64,000 bases of DNA from Patescibacteria group bacterium (GCA_038064195.1 JBBTTO010000002.1:141356-205355); one strand, 5' to 3'. Numbered from the stretch's first letter, positions 19,173 through 28,626 are shown. Numbers and translations are program-made. Notes: generated from the letters alone by a model not told the origin.

Positions 19173-20210
19173 ATGATACGGGTTGCGATTAATGGCTATG
19201 GAAGAATCGGTCGGGTCGCACATAGAGCTATCTTGCAGAGCCACAGTGACACAATTGAGGTGGTGGCGATCAATGCCGGTTCCTCAACTGACCTTGTCGG
19301 CTGGAAATACCTTCTCCAATATGACTCAGTCTATGGACCCTTACTGCTGGCGCTACATACACAGGCGCGACAGGACAGTGATCCGGAAGAACTTTTAGGG
19401 CAACTGGTTATCAACGACCAAGCGATCCCTGTCTATTCACAAAAAGACCCCCTGCTCCTACCATGGAAGGATCTCAATGTCGATGTTGTTATCGAGTCGA
19501 CAGGGCAGTTTCGTACGAAGGACGCACTTGAAAAGCATCTCACAGCCGGAGCAAAAGCCGTGGTGCTCTCCGCTCCGAGTAAAGGAGATGGGGTAGATAC
19601 GATAGTACTTGGGGTTAATCCCGAGACCTATAAAGGACAGAAAGTGATCAGTAACGCCTCCTGCACGACTAACTGTATCGCCCCTGTTGCCAAAATAATG
19701 CAGGAGCATTTCGGTATCGAAAAAGCCATGATGACTACTGTTCACGGCTATACCTCAGATCAGCGTCTCCAGGATGGAGGGCATAAAGACTACAGGCGGG
19801 CACGAGCAGCCGGACTTAATATCATCCCGACATCAACCGGCGCCACAGATGCGGCTGCAAAAGCAGTACCTGAGCTTGAAGGGAAATTCAAAGGCTTATC
19901 CCTTCGTGTTCCTGTTCCTGTCGGATCACTGTCAGATTTTACTTTTCTCTTATCTAAAGCCACAAGTTCCGAGGAAATCAATACACTATTGCGTCAGGCA
20001 GCTGCGGACCCCATATATCGGGGAATTTTAACCGTGACCGATGAACCGCTGGTCTCCAGTGATATTATCGGTAATCCGCATTCAAGTATTGTCGACCTCT
20101 CATTAACACAAGTAGTAGGAGGGACCTTAGCAAAAGTAGTCGTATGGTATGACAACGAGTACGGTTATGCCAATCGTCTTATTGAAGAAGTCCGACTTTT
20201 GGCTTCATAA
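19173..20210 (+). CDS. gap: Glyceraldehyde-3-phosphate dehydrogenase
   Basis: The track ORF starts at 19050 with a non-ATG start. ATG at 19173 gives MIRVAINGYGRIGR...; the catalytic motif SCTTNCIAP is present. Confidence 0.95.
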   Translation: MIRVAINGYGRIGRVAHRAILQSHSDTIEVVAINAGSSTDLVGWKYLLQYDSVYGPLLLALHTQARQDSDPEELLGQLVINDQAIPVYSQKDPLLLPWKDLNVDVVIESTGQFRTKDALEKHLTAGAKAVVLSAPSKGDGVDTIVLGVNPETYKGQKVISNASCTTNCIAPVAKIMQEHFGIEKAMMTTVHGYTSDQRLQDGGHKDYRRARAAGLNIIPTSTGATDAAAKAVPELEGKFKGLSLRVPVPVGSLSDFTFLLSKATSSEEINTLLRQAAADPIYRGILTVTDEPLVSSDIIGNPHSSIVDLSLTQVVGGTLAKVVVWYDNEYGYANRLIEEVRLLAS

Positions 20211-20230
20211 TCTGCTATACTCAGATCTCA

Positions 20231-20812
20231 TTGTTTATGATAGAACTTCCAACAATTAATAATATTACCATTTCAGGTCGCATCGGAAGTGGTGCTTCAA
20301 CGCTTGCCAAGAAGTTATCTGAGAAGTTGGAATGGCCTGTACTTGATGGTGGCAAGCTATTCCGTAAAATTAATGAAGAGCTGGGAGTAACAATTACTCA
20401 GACTGAAGAACGTCCTGATCATTTTGATCTCGAGTATGAGGAACGGATCAAAAAAATGCTGCGTGAGGAGAAACATCATATTATCCAAAGTCACTTAGCA
20501 GGCTTTGACGCACAGGGGATTGAAAAGGTCTACAAAATTTTACTAGTCTGCGAGGAGCATGGGGAGGATGTGCCGGCGGTACGTATCGATCGTTTGGTCA
20601 ATCGTGACGGCGCCTCAGTTGAGGATGCCAAATATGAGGTGAGAGAAAGAGAGAGACAGCACCTGCAGAAGTTTCGTCGTCTCTATGCTGACAATGATCA
20701 GGAATGGGTCTACTGGGATAAGAAATACTATGACTTAGTCATTAATACCTTTAACCACAATCAGGATTCAGTCTTAGGGATTGCCCTTGAAGCACTCAAT
20801 ATCCCCGAATAA
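20231..20812 (+). CDS. Cytidylate-kinase-like P-loop family protein (degenerate Walker A)
   Basis: 193 aa; ITISGRIGSGASTLAKKLSEKLEWPVLDGG resembles Cmk-like kinases, but the P-loop lysine is replaced (SGAST). Confidence 0.5.
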   Translation: MFMIELPTINNITISGRIGSGASTLAKKLSEKLEWPVLDGGKLFRKINEELGVTITQTEERPDHFDLEYEERIKKMLREEKHHIIQSHLAGFDAQGIEKVYKILLVCEEHGEDVPAVRIDRLVNRDGASVEDAKYEVRERERQHLQKFRRLYADNDQEWVYWDKKYYDLVINTFNHNQDSVLGIALEALNIPE

Positions 20813-20859
20813 ACACTCTTGCAATACGCATTGACTTTCACTATGATTGCCATGACGCT

Positions 20860-21402
20860 ATGAGACTGTTTTTTTCAGTCATACTCCTTTTATTTTTGAG
20901 CGTTCCTGTTGTTGTCTTTGCTCAGGATTCAGGCACACAGGCAGCCGGCCTTGTCCCTTCCCCTATAAATTATCCTTTGGCCTACCCCGGTATACTTCCT
21001 GACAATCCGCTCTATCCCTTAAAAATGCTGCGTGACCGGATAGTCTTTTTCCTCATCAATGATCCATTTAAAAAGGCAGAGTTTAACTTGCTGCAGGCAG
21101 ATAAGAGGTTGGGGGCCGGGCTTTTTTTGATAGATCGGGATAAAAATAAAGCATCTCTGGCAGTAGACACCATCTCCAAAGGTGAGAATTATTTCCACGA
21201 CGCGGTGGCCGGGGCGATAATTATGCAGCAGCAGGGTCGTAATGTGACATCTCTAGTACAGGATTTAGACAAAGCAGTCAATAAGCACATAGAAGTAGTA
21301 ACTAACTTGAGAAGAACTGTCCCTACTCAGGCAGGTAAGCTGCAACAAATTTTGGAGCGTTTAAAAACCTACCAGCAAAGTATTAAAAAAGCAAAGGGAT
21401 AA
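20860..21402 (+). CDS. Secreted hypothetical protein
   Basis: 180 aa; signal peptide MRLFFSVILLLFLSVPVVVFAQ. Confidence 0.6.
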   Translation: MRLFFSVILLLFLSVPVVVFAQDSGTQAAGLVPSPINYPLAYPGILPDNPLYPLKMLRDRIVFFLINDPFKKAEFNLLQADKRLGAGLFLIDRDKNKASLAVDTISKGENYFHDAVAGAIIMQQQGRNVTSLVQDLDKAVNKHIEVVTNLRRTVPTQAGKLQQILERLKTYQQSIKKAKG

Positions 21403-21483
21403 TAATTGTAAGAGTTTTCACAGAGCTGAAGCTGAGATTTCCCGCAGATTTGCCGTTGATACTGTTTTATGCATTTCTTTCTA

Positions 21484-21513
21484 TTGACAGAGGTACTGGT
21501 AGGGCCATATAGT
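21484..21513 (+). promoter_or_regulatory. Putative sigma70-type promoter of nrdR (TTGACA-18-TATAGT), with a partial NrdR-box-like palindrome just downstream
   Basis: ttgacagaggtactggtagggccatatagt. Downstream ACACTAAATCTAG (about 21522..21534) resembles an ACACTATATATAGTGT-type NrdR box half-match. GAGGA RBS 9 nt before the ATG. Confidence 0.3.
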
Positions 21514-21560
21514 TTTGTAGGACACTAAATCTAGAAATAAATTTTCACGAGGAAAAGAGT

Positions 21561-22010
21561 ATGCATTGTCCCTATTGCGGAAGTCAGGAATCAGAGGTTG
21601 TAGAGACGCGGGACAGCGAGGATTTGGATGCGATCAGGAGGAGGCGGGCCTGCCACGCATGTCAACGAAGATTTACAACCTACGAGAGGATTGAGACGGT
21701 CAATTTGCATGTCATTAAAAGAGACGGCAGGCGGGAGCAGTTTAATCGTGATAAGTTAAAGGCAGGCTTGATCCGCGCGTGTGAGAAGACCACTATTTCA
21801 GTTGAGACAATTGATAGGATTATCACGGAAGTTATTCAGGAACTTCGGGGTGGAGATACGGTGGAGGTCACCAGTGATCGCATAGGCCAGTTGGTCGCCG
21901 AGCATTTAAAGAAGATCAACAAGATAGCCTATATCCGCTTCTCAAGTGTTTTTCGACGCTTTGTGGATGTTGAGGATTTTGAAAAGGAAGTAAAGAAGCT
22001 TATAAAATAA
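21561..22010 (+). CDS. nrdR: Transcriptional repressor NrdR
   Basis: 149 aa; MHCPYCGSQESEVVETRDSED...CHACQRRFTTYERIE zinc ribbon + ATP-cone. Confidence 0.95.
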   Translation: MHCPYCGSQESEVVETRDSEDLDAIRRRRACHACQRRFTTYERIETVNLHVIKRDGRREQFNRDKLKAGLIRACEKTTISVETIDRIITEVIQELRGGDTVEVTSDRIGQLVAEHLKKINKIAYIRFSSVFRRFVDVEDFEKEVKKLIK

Positions 22011-22085
22011 AAAAGTAAAATTGAAAGTGCAAAAATAAGGTACCTTTATTTTGAGTTTTTATTTTTAATATTTTAATTTAACATT

Positions 22086-24563
22086 ATGCCGGTAAATTTA
22101 GACGGAATCAGACAAAAAGTATTTTTAGACCGCTACGCCTTAAAGGGTAAAGACGGCGAGTTGCTTGAGCACACACCTGAAGAGATGTGGAAAAGAGTTG
22201 CCCGGGGAATTGCTGCTAATGAGAAAAAAGCTGATCAGAAAAAGTGGGCTAAAGAATTTTATAATGCGATGGAGGGTTTTAAATTCGTCCCGGCCGGCCG
22301 TATCCTCTCAGGAGCAGGCACTGAGTATCAGGTAACGTATTTCAATTGCTTTGTTATCCCCAGCCCCAAAGATTCACGTCATGGAATTTTGGAGTCCCTT
22401 GGTCAACTCGTTGAGATCCAGGCGCGTTCAGGTGGAGTAGGCCTCAATCTTTCATCCCTCAGACCTAAGGGTGCACGAGTTAAGAAAGTGAACGGTACAT
22501 CTTCTGGGCCTGTGAATTGGGCAACACTCTTCTCAGTTGCGACCCATGATATCGTCCAGCAGGGAGGCAGTCGTCGTGGTGCGACCATGCTGATGCTTTG
22601 GGATTGGCATCCGGATGTGGAGGAATTTATTACGGTTAAGCAGGATCTGACAAAAATTAATGGTGCGAACCTTTCTGTCTGTATTTCAGATGCCTTCATG
22701 GAGGCAGTCAAGGCTAATGCTGACTGGGATCTTATTTATCCTGATATCTCAGATCCTGAGTATGATGAGAAGTGGAATGGTGAAATTGACCAATGGAAAG
22801 CCCTGGGTAAAAAGGTTGTTGTTTATAAGACAGTGAAAGCCCGTGAATTGTGGGATCTTATCTGTACTGCTGCCTGGCAGTCGGCTGAGCCGGGGCTTCA
22901 CTTCATGGAGCGTTCAAACAAAAGAAGTAATACGTATTATTTCGAGCGTCTGATCGCGACCAATCCTTGCGGTGAACAGCCGCTTGGGGCCTGGGCAGTC
23001 TGTAACTTAGGCGCTATGAATTTAGCAGCCTACGTAGATAAGGAGAAATTTGATTTCGAGTCATTCGGCAAAGACGTTCGTGTTGCAATGCGTATGCTGG
23101 ATAATGTTATCGATCAGACATATTACTTCTTCAAACAAAATGAAGAATGTGCCAAAGATATCCGTCGTACAGGACTTGGCATCATGGGACTTGGGGACGC
23201 TCTCATTAAGATGAAGTTGCCATATGGTTCTGACAAGTCATTGCCAGTAATTGAAAAAATCTTCAAGACACTGCGTGATAATGCCTATGATGCATCCTCT
23301 GACCTGGCAAAAGAAAAAGGTGCTTTCCCACACTTTGACAAGGACAAATATTTAGACGCTCACTTTGTGAAGCAGTTGCCTAAGGATATCCGTAAAAAAA
23401 TTGCTGAGCAGGGTATCCGTAATGCCGTCTTACTGACTATTGCACCGACAGGGACTACCTCACTTGTTTCAGGTGTTTCCTCAGGGGTTGAGCCTGTCTA
23501 TGAGTTCACTTTTAGACGCAAATGGAGGGGCGGAGAAGAGATCATGTATCATCCGCTTTTTGATGAATGGCGTAAAGAGCATATTGGTGAAGAGAGGCCT
23601 GACTATTTTGTCTCGGCTAATGACCTGACGCCAACCGAGCATGTCAAAGTACAGGCCGTAGCACAAGATTATATTGACTCCTCAATCTCAAAGACCGTTA
23701 ATGCTCCAAGTACCCATACCGTTGAGGACGTGAAGGAGCTTTATATGATGGCCTATGACATGGGGCTTAAGGGAGTTACCTATATGCGCGATGGGTCACG
23801 CATGGGAGTACTTGAGCGTCTGCCTGAGAAAAAAGAAGAAGTCCAGGAAGTTAAGCCTGTCGTCCCGGTTACGCCTCGTGTCCCTCGTCCGATGGTTCTA
23901 TCCGGTACTACGTACAAAGCAGATAGTCCGAGTGGGAGAATGTATGTGACCATCAACCACGATGAGAACACCCAGCCTTTTGAAGTCTTTATTAATAATG
24001 GGAAAACAGGTTCTGATGTGATGGCTATGGCTGATGCTTTAGGCCGTATGATCTCATTTGTTCTGCGTATTCATAGTCCTGTTCCGCAGCGTGAACGTCT
24101 GCGAGAAATCGTCTCAGAGTTGACAGGGATTGGCGGAGCACGCTCAGTAGGTTTTGGTGAGAACAGGGTCCGTTCTCTGCCTGATGCAGTAGCAAAAGTT
24201 CTGGCACGACATGCCAACTTCAGGGTTAATGGTAAAGTCGAAGACAGGCCGGTTGTTCCTGTGGCTGCTGATACCGTAACTCCTGAGACTCCGGCTGTGG
24301 AAGCTTTGACAAATGGCAATGGAACAAGTAATGGCAATGGCCATGCAAGTAACGGACAAGCATCATTCCTGACCAAAGTTGATCAACCTATAGAATCAGC
24401 CGGGGAGCAACTGGGCTTTGCCGCAGCTGCAGTGCCGGTTGAGGTGATGGAAGCGAGTAACACTACCAACCTTTTTGATATCTGTCCTGAGTGCGGAACT
24501 GCAAGCTTTGCCTATGAGGAAGGGTGCAAGAAATGCTATGGCTGTGGCTACAGCGAATGCTAA
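22086..24563 (+). CDS. nrdJ: Adenosylcobalamin-dependent (class II) ribonucleotide reductase
   Basis: 825 aa; NPCGEQPL active-site motif; C-terminal Cys cluster CPECG...CKKCYGCGYSEC. Confidence 0.95.
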   Translation: MPVNLDGIRQKVFLDRYALKGKDGELLEHTPEEMWKRVARGIAANEKKADQKKWAKEFYNAMEGFKFVPAGRILSGAGTEYQVTYFNCFVIPSPKDSRHGILESLGQLVEIQARSGGVGLNLSSLRPKGARVKKVNGTSSGPVNWATLFSVATHDIVQQGGSRRGATMLMLWDWHPDVEEFITVKQDLTKINGANLSVCISDAFMEAVKANADWDLIYPDISDPEYDEKWNGEIDQWKALGKKVVVYKTVKARELWDLICTAAWQSAEPGLHFMERSNKRSNTYYFERLIATNPCGEQPLGAWAVCNLGAMNLAAYVDKEKFDFESFGKDVRVAMRMLDNVIDQTYYFFKQNEECAKDIRRTGLGIMGLGDALIKMKLPYGSDKSLPVIEKIFKTLRDNAYDASSDLAKEKGAFPHFDKDKYLDAHFVKQLPKDIRKKIAEQGIRNAVLLTIAPTGTTSLVSGVSSGVEPVYEFTFRRKWRGGEEIMYHPLFDEWRKEHIGEERPDYFVSANDLTPTEHVKVQAVAQDYIDSSISKTVNAPSTHTVEDVKELYMMAYDMGLKGVTYMRDGSRMGVLERLPEKKEEVQEVKPVVPVTPRVPRPMVLSGTTYKADSPSGRMYVTINHDENTQPFEVFINNGKTGSDVMAMADALGRMISFVLRIHSPVPQRERLREIVSELTGIGGARSVGFGENRVRSLPDAVAKVLARHANFRVNGKVEDRPVVPVAADTVTPETPAVEALTNGNGTSNGNGHASNGQASFLTKVDQPIESAGEQLGFAAAAVPVEVMEASNTTNLFDICPECGTASFAYEEGCKKCYGCGYSEC

Positions 24564-24654
24564 TCACGAATATATGCGAATAATTAGTCCGAATAGATAC
24601 GAATAAGTTGATTGACTTTGACGGAATATTCAGATATATTTTCGTTACATAGAA

Positions 24655-24815
24655 ATATTTTGGTAAGTAGGGTGTGAATCCCTCTCAGTGCCGCTACTGT
24701 AAAGACAGAAAACGAATATTTCTTTAAATAAAACCCGAGTTCCGATGGTAGGTCCCATCGGAATCCCGCACGAATGAAATTCGTCGGGACAGGAAACCTA
24801 CTTATGTCATTAGTA
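24655..24815 (+). promoter_or_regulatory. Cobalamin riboswitch (5' leader of the B12 salvage operon)
   Basis: AGGGTGTGAATCCCTCTCAGTGCCGCTACTGTAAAG matches the conserved core as I recall it (GGUGnnAAnCC ... CnGnnCCGCnACnGUnA). Downstream GGGACAGGAAACCTAC resembles the B12 box (AGnCAGGAnACCnGCC). The RBS AGAGGGA can pair with the upstream CCCTCT. Confidence 0.6.
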
Positions 24816-24872
24816 GTATCCTTCTTGGGAACGTAAAATTTACAATCACGTTCTAAGCAGAGGGATTTTTTT

Positions 24873-25292
24873 ATGAGCAAAAAAGCAGATACTATAAATA
24901 TATTAACTCCGGCACGACGACTCAAGTTATCACTTTTGAGTGGTTTTCTCTTTGTTATTATTTTGGGTGTAATGATTGCTGCATCGCTGCATAAAAATCA
25001 AAGTACTCAAATTGATCAAGCGATTTCACAATACAGTCAGAAAGCGTCTGAAAGAGATTACTTTGCTTATCAGGGGAAGACTGGCAGGGATGCATTAACG
25101 GTACTTAAGAATCTGACAACCATTGAGCAGGATCGTTCAGGACTCGTAATTTCGATTAACGGACGTAAGGCGGACAATTCCAAGAAGGAATATTGGTCTT
25201 TCTTTATCAATGGACAGATGGCACAAGTTGGCCCCGCTGATTTTAAAACTACAGATAAAGATTTTATTGAATGGAAGATTCAGACGTACTAA
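24873..25292 (+). CDS. DUF4430-like membrane-anchored protein (putative cobalamin-binding, BtuG-like)
   Basis: 139 aa; N-terminal TM; C-terminal EYWSFFINGQMAQVGPADFKTTDKDFIEWKIQTY fits the DUF4430 W.y.vNG...vGa..y.l.dgD.i.W.y signature. Confidence 0.65.
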   Translation: MSKKADTINILTPARRLKLSLLSGFLFVIILGVMIAASLHKNQSTQIDQAISQYSQKASERDYFAYQGKTGRDALTVLKNLTTIEQDRSGLVISINGRKADNSKKEYWSFFINGQMAQVGPADFKTTDKDFIEWKIQTY

Positions 25293-25813
25293 TGCGAAAT
25301 AAAATTATTTTCCCACTAGCAATTATTCTCTTTGGTGTAGTGATGCGGCTTGTTCCGCACATGCCAAATGTAGCTCCGATTACGGCTATAGCACTGTTTG
25401 GAGGAATGTATCTGGACAAGAAATATGCTCTTGTTTTACCCCTTCTTATTATGCTTGTTTCAGACCTTTTTTTAGGCTTTCATGACACGTTGCTTTTTGT
25501 CTATGTCAGTTTTTTTATCTCAGGGCTTCTGGGGCTGTGGGCGCGTCGCCAAAAAACAGCGGGCCGGATCTTACTGGTTACGTTCATTGCCTCAGTGCAG
25601 TTTTTTGTTATCACCAACTTTGGGGTATGGCTTGTCGGCCATATGTATCCTAAAACTCTCCAGGGCTTGATGGAGTGCTTTGTCATGGCCACTCCTTTTT
25701 TCCGCAATACGATCATGGGGGATTTACTCTATACAACGACCTTTATCTTGCTTTTTGAATTCCTGGAATATCTTGCCCGAAAGGGAAAGCCTTTATTGGC
25801 TCACAGACGATAA
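25292..25813 (+). CDS. ECF-transporter S-component-like small polytopic membrane protein (candidate B12 substrate-binding component)
   Basis: About 173 aa from the ATG overlapping the upstream stop (the track extends to 25271). It has 5 to 6 TM helices (MRNKIIFPLAIILFGVVMRL...). It sits between a DUF4430 gene and a PduO gene under the riboswitch. Confidence 0.5.
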   Translation: MRNKIIFPLAIILFGVVMRLVPHMPNVAPITAIALFGGMYLDKKYALVLPLLIMLVSDLFLGFHDTLLFVYVSFFISGLLGLWARRQKTAGRILLVTFIASVQFFVITNFGVWLVGHMYPKTLQGLMECFVMATPFFRNTIMGDLLYTTTFILLFEFLEYLARKGKPLLAHRR

Positions 25814-26355
25814 TGCCTATTTACACGCGTACCGGAGATCGCGGTCAGACATCACTATTTGGTGGAATACGAGTCCTCAAGGCTGATGATCGAGTAGACA
25901 CCTATGGAACTATTGATGAGCTAAATAGTTTGCTGGGAGTAGTTGTGTCCAACATAGAAACAAAGCATAAAAAATTAGCTCGTGAACTCGAGGAGATCCA
26001 ACATGATCTTTTTGATATTGGATCTTATCTAGCCAACCCCAAGGCGACTCCGATTAAGCGTTTAGGAAGTAGGGTAGTGGAGTTTGAAGAACACATTGAT
26101 CAGATGACTATCAAGATGCCTGAATTGCATAATTTCATTTTGCCGGGTGGTGGGCGAGTGGGAGCAAGTTTACACCAAGCACGGACTGTCTGTCGGCGAA
26201 CAGAGCGAAGGTTGGTAGCTTTGATGCAACATGAGGATATCGACAAGCACGTGGTGAAATACATTAACCGTTTGTCTGACTTGCTTTTTACTATGGCACG
26301 TTTTGTCAATCATAAAGAAAAGAAAAAAGAAACAATTTGGAAACAACAAGGTTAA
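25813..26355 (+). CDS. ATP:cob(I)alamin adenosyltransferase, PduO type
   Basis: 180 aa; MPIYTRTGDRGQTSLFGGIRVLKADDRVDTYGTIDELNS is the characteristic PduO-type ATR N-terminus. Confidence 0.85.
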   Translation: MPIYTRTGDRGQTSLFGGIRVLKADDRVDTYGTIDELNSLLGVVVSNIETKHKKLARELEEIQHDLFDIGSYLANPKATPIKRLGSRVVEFEEHIDQMTIKMPELHNFILPGGGRVGASLHQARTVCRRTERRLVALMQHEDIDKHVVKYINRLSDLLFTMARFVNHKEKKKETIWKQQG

Positions 26356-26383
26356 TATTTGCCCTCCTTCGCTAAAGCTATGG

Positions 26384-26450
26384 AGGGTAAATCGGGTGAA
26401 GCTTGTGTGATTCAAGCACTGTGCCGCAACTGTAAAGTCAGATCCCCGTT
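26384..26450 (+). promoter_or_regulatory. Second, shorter leader element sharing the riboswitch core (GCACTGTGCCGCAACTGTAAAGTCAG)
   Basis: It is about 23/25 identical to cagtgccgctactgtaaagacag of the 24.7-kb riboswitch. It is followed by a hairpin (CCGAGCAGAAGG...CTTCTCGG) and an AGGAG RBS. No clear B12 box. Confidence 0.3.
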
Positions 26451-26506
26451 ATAACTTCCGAGCAGAAGGTATTTTTTGCATACTTCTCGGAACGAGGAGT
26501 TTTTTT

Positions 26507-27976
26507 ATGGAACGAAGAGGACACAGTCCACAACAATTTTTCAGTCAAGATACAGCCGTTGATCCGGCCGCAATAGAAACTGACTTGATAAGTAATGAGA
26601 GCTCTTTTGGTTTTAACGATGCGGTCTCGCTACCGATTGTGACAGTTTATCGTGGGGATGTTTTGGCTCAGGAGGCAGTTGATGATGAGCTAGATTATGC
26701 CAGCGGCATACATTTCCTTAACGAAGCAATAAAACGAGCTCGCGAAGAATTTTTGGAAGAAAAAATGACGCGTAAAGGAAGATTGGCATATGCAGTCGAG
26801 TTTGATGTGGCAGCCTATGATGCGCTTAATCAATACAAATGGGTAAATAGAAGCGCTTATGAAGAAGTGCGCGATAATCTTAATGCAGAGACAGAATTTA
26901 ATCTGACTACGCTCCTGGGAGAAAAATATCACGCAGAGCTCAGCCGGTATACTACCCGCCTTGAGACAGACGGGATTTATTCAGATACCGGGGATGAACC
27001 GATACGCGAGATGGTCAAGCGCGGTGCCCGGTACCGCATCCAAAACGGCAGTGAGGAGCCTCAGCGTGAGATGGCTGTTGTTGCCGGATTTTTGGCAACC
27101 GAGGAGAGGCTGATGAATCCTGAGACGCCAATTGGAACTACCGTTTTATCTGTTTCTCCAACCGGGCCGCAGCACGAACACAACTTTTATGATACAGCCA
27201 CCAAGCGATATACCGAAGATCGGGGAATGTATATTGAGTGGCGACGCTACAGCTCAGCCAACAGCAGGGCTGAATCAGCTCAAAAATTAGCCAAGTTTGA
27301 TGCCCGCTATCATCAGGAAAAGATTCCAGAACCGGAGTATTTTTTAAGAAATGTCGTGACGTTTGTCCCGGGCGAATCAGTAATTTCCGACCCCGATGAG
27401 ATACATCAGTATCTTCATAAAGAACACGTGGTCAAGACAGAGGCTGAACTACGTCAGATCACTGACGGACACAATAGAGGCTTTCGTGATTATTACAGAA
27501 TGTTACTTAATGACCCGACAGCAACTTATCAGGACTTATTGGATGCATTCGTGGCTATTATCAATCACGCTGATTTCGAAGCCGGTGAATCAAAGGCTAT
27601 TGTTTATGATGGAGTTGATTCGGGTGTTTACTCCCCGGGCGAGTCTGAGATTGCCTTTTTTGCCAGCTTGCCAATGCAAATGTCGTCACTGCCCTGTGGC
27701 ATATTAGGAGGAGAGCTCGCCGGCTTTGGCTTCGGTGATGCAGTGAATGCTTATGGTATGGGTTTTTATGGAGGGAATCGACCTGAGGATGATCCTACGT
27801 TGTGTAAGTGCTCCAATACCAAGCCCCACTTTCATTGCCCCGGGAAAAAGACAGTCACTGAGGTAGATAAAGAGACGGGGCAAAAAGAAAAGAGAAAAAC
27901 AGCGTGTAATTTTAAGATAATTGTTGGAATGGGTATTGCTACGTGTCCTGATTGCGGTGAATCAAAAAAATGCTGA
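26507..27976 (+). CDS. Hypothetical protein with Gly-rich segment and C-terminal Cys/His cluster
   Basis: 489 aa; ...GILGGELAGFGFGDAVNAYGMGFYGG...CKCSNTKPHFHCPGKK...CNFK...CPDCGESKKC; I recognise no domain. Confidence 0.7.
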   Translation: MERRGHSPQQFFSQDTAVDPAAIETDLISNESSFGFNDAVSLPIVTVYRGDVLAQEAVDDELDYASGIHFLNEAIKRAREEFLEEKMTRKGRLAYAVEFDVAAYDALNQYKWVNRSAYEEVRDNLNAETEFNLTTLLGEKYHAELSRYTTRLETDGIYSDTGDEPIREMVKRGARYRIQNGSEEPQREMAVVAGFLATEERLMNPETPIGTTVLSVSPTGPQHEHNFYDTATKRYTEDRGMYIEWRRYSSANSRAESAQKLAKFDARYHQEKIPEPEYFLRNVVTFVPGESVISDPDEIHQYLHKEHVVKTEAELRQITDGHNRGFRDYYRMLLNDPTATYQDLLDAFVAIINHADFEAGESKAIVYDGVDSGVYSPGESEIAFFASLPMQMSSLPCGILGGELAGFGFGDAVNAYGMGFYGGNRPEDDPTLCKCSNTKPHFHCPGKKTVTEVDKETGQKEKRKTACNFKIIVGMGIATCPDCGESKKC

Positions 27977-28078
27977 TAGGATAGACCAATTATGTACCTA
28001 CTTGAAGGTCAAAGAAAAACTAAAATACTTGAGGCTAATTTGATTGTTTGATTTGTGAATTCGTGCTAAGATGAATAT

Positions 28079-28618
28079 ATGAATCCTACTCCTGCCCAGC
28101 CGCCAGCTCAGTCACCTCCAGTGCAGCCGCCACCAGTTGCTCCGGCTCCCGTCATACCTGTCTCCAGTGAACCCTTAACGCTTGACCCGAATATGATGAC
28201 TCCGCAAACCCAGGCAGTCGCTACTCCTCAGGTTGTATCTCCGTCTCCGAAGCAGGCTTATCCTGTAAGCGGGCCGCATAAAGAAGCAGCACCGATCAGC
28301 CAGGCATTGGTGACTGAGTATGTCAAGCCGACTGAAGTGGCAGTCCAACTGCCCCAGGAGGTAGCTGAGGCCGGAGTAGAGATTGTCCATAATGCTGAAC
28401 AGCCGCAAATAACACCTGAACATCAGGCAGTCGGGATAGAGCCTGCTAAGGAGGCTGTTCCGGCAGTGGTCGCTCCGGCGGCAAAAACTATCACACTTCC
28501 GTATTCACCGGCTCAGGCAAAGCAAATTGAGAAGCAGGCACCATTAGCCGAGTCACGACACTGGCTGGCGGTGTTGACAGAATTTTTATTAAAGAAATTA
28601 CAGCTCATACCGGCCTAA
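28079..28618 (+). CDS. Pro/Ala/Gln-rich hypothetical protein
   Basis: 179 aa; low-complexity MNPTPAQPPAQSPPVQPPPVAPAPV...; the stop is 8 nt before the next gene. Confidence 0.5.
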   Translation: MNPTPAQPPAQSPPVQPPPVAPAPVIPVSSEPLTLDPNMMTPQTQAVATPQVVSPSPKQAYPVSGPHKEAAPISQALVTEYVKPTEVAVQLPQEVAEAGVEIVHNAEQPQITPEHQAVGIEPAKEAVPAVVAPAAKTITLPYSPAQAKQIEKQAPLAESRHWLAVLTEFLLKKLQLIPA

Positions 28619-28626
28619 TACTTTTT

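Noticed and set aside
24584-24925. 113-aa minus-strand ORF spanning the nrdJ-downstream gap
   Set aside because: It overlaps the riboswitch and the start of the DUF4430 gene. It has no RBS, and the region is better explained as a structured leader.
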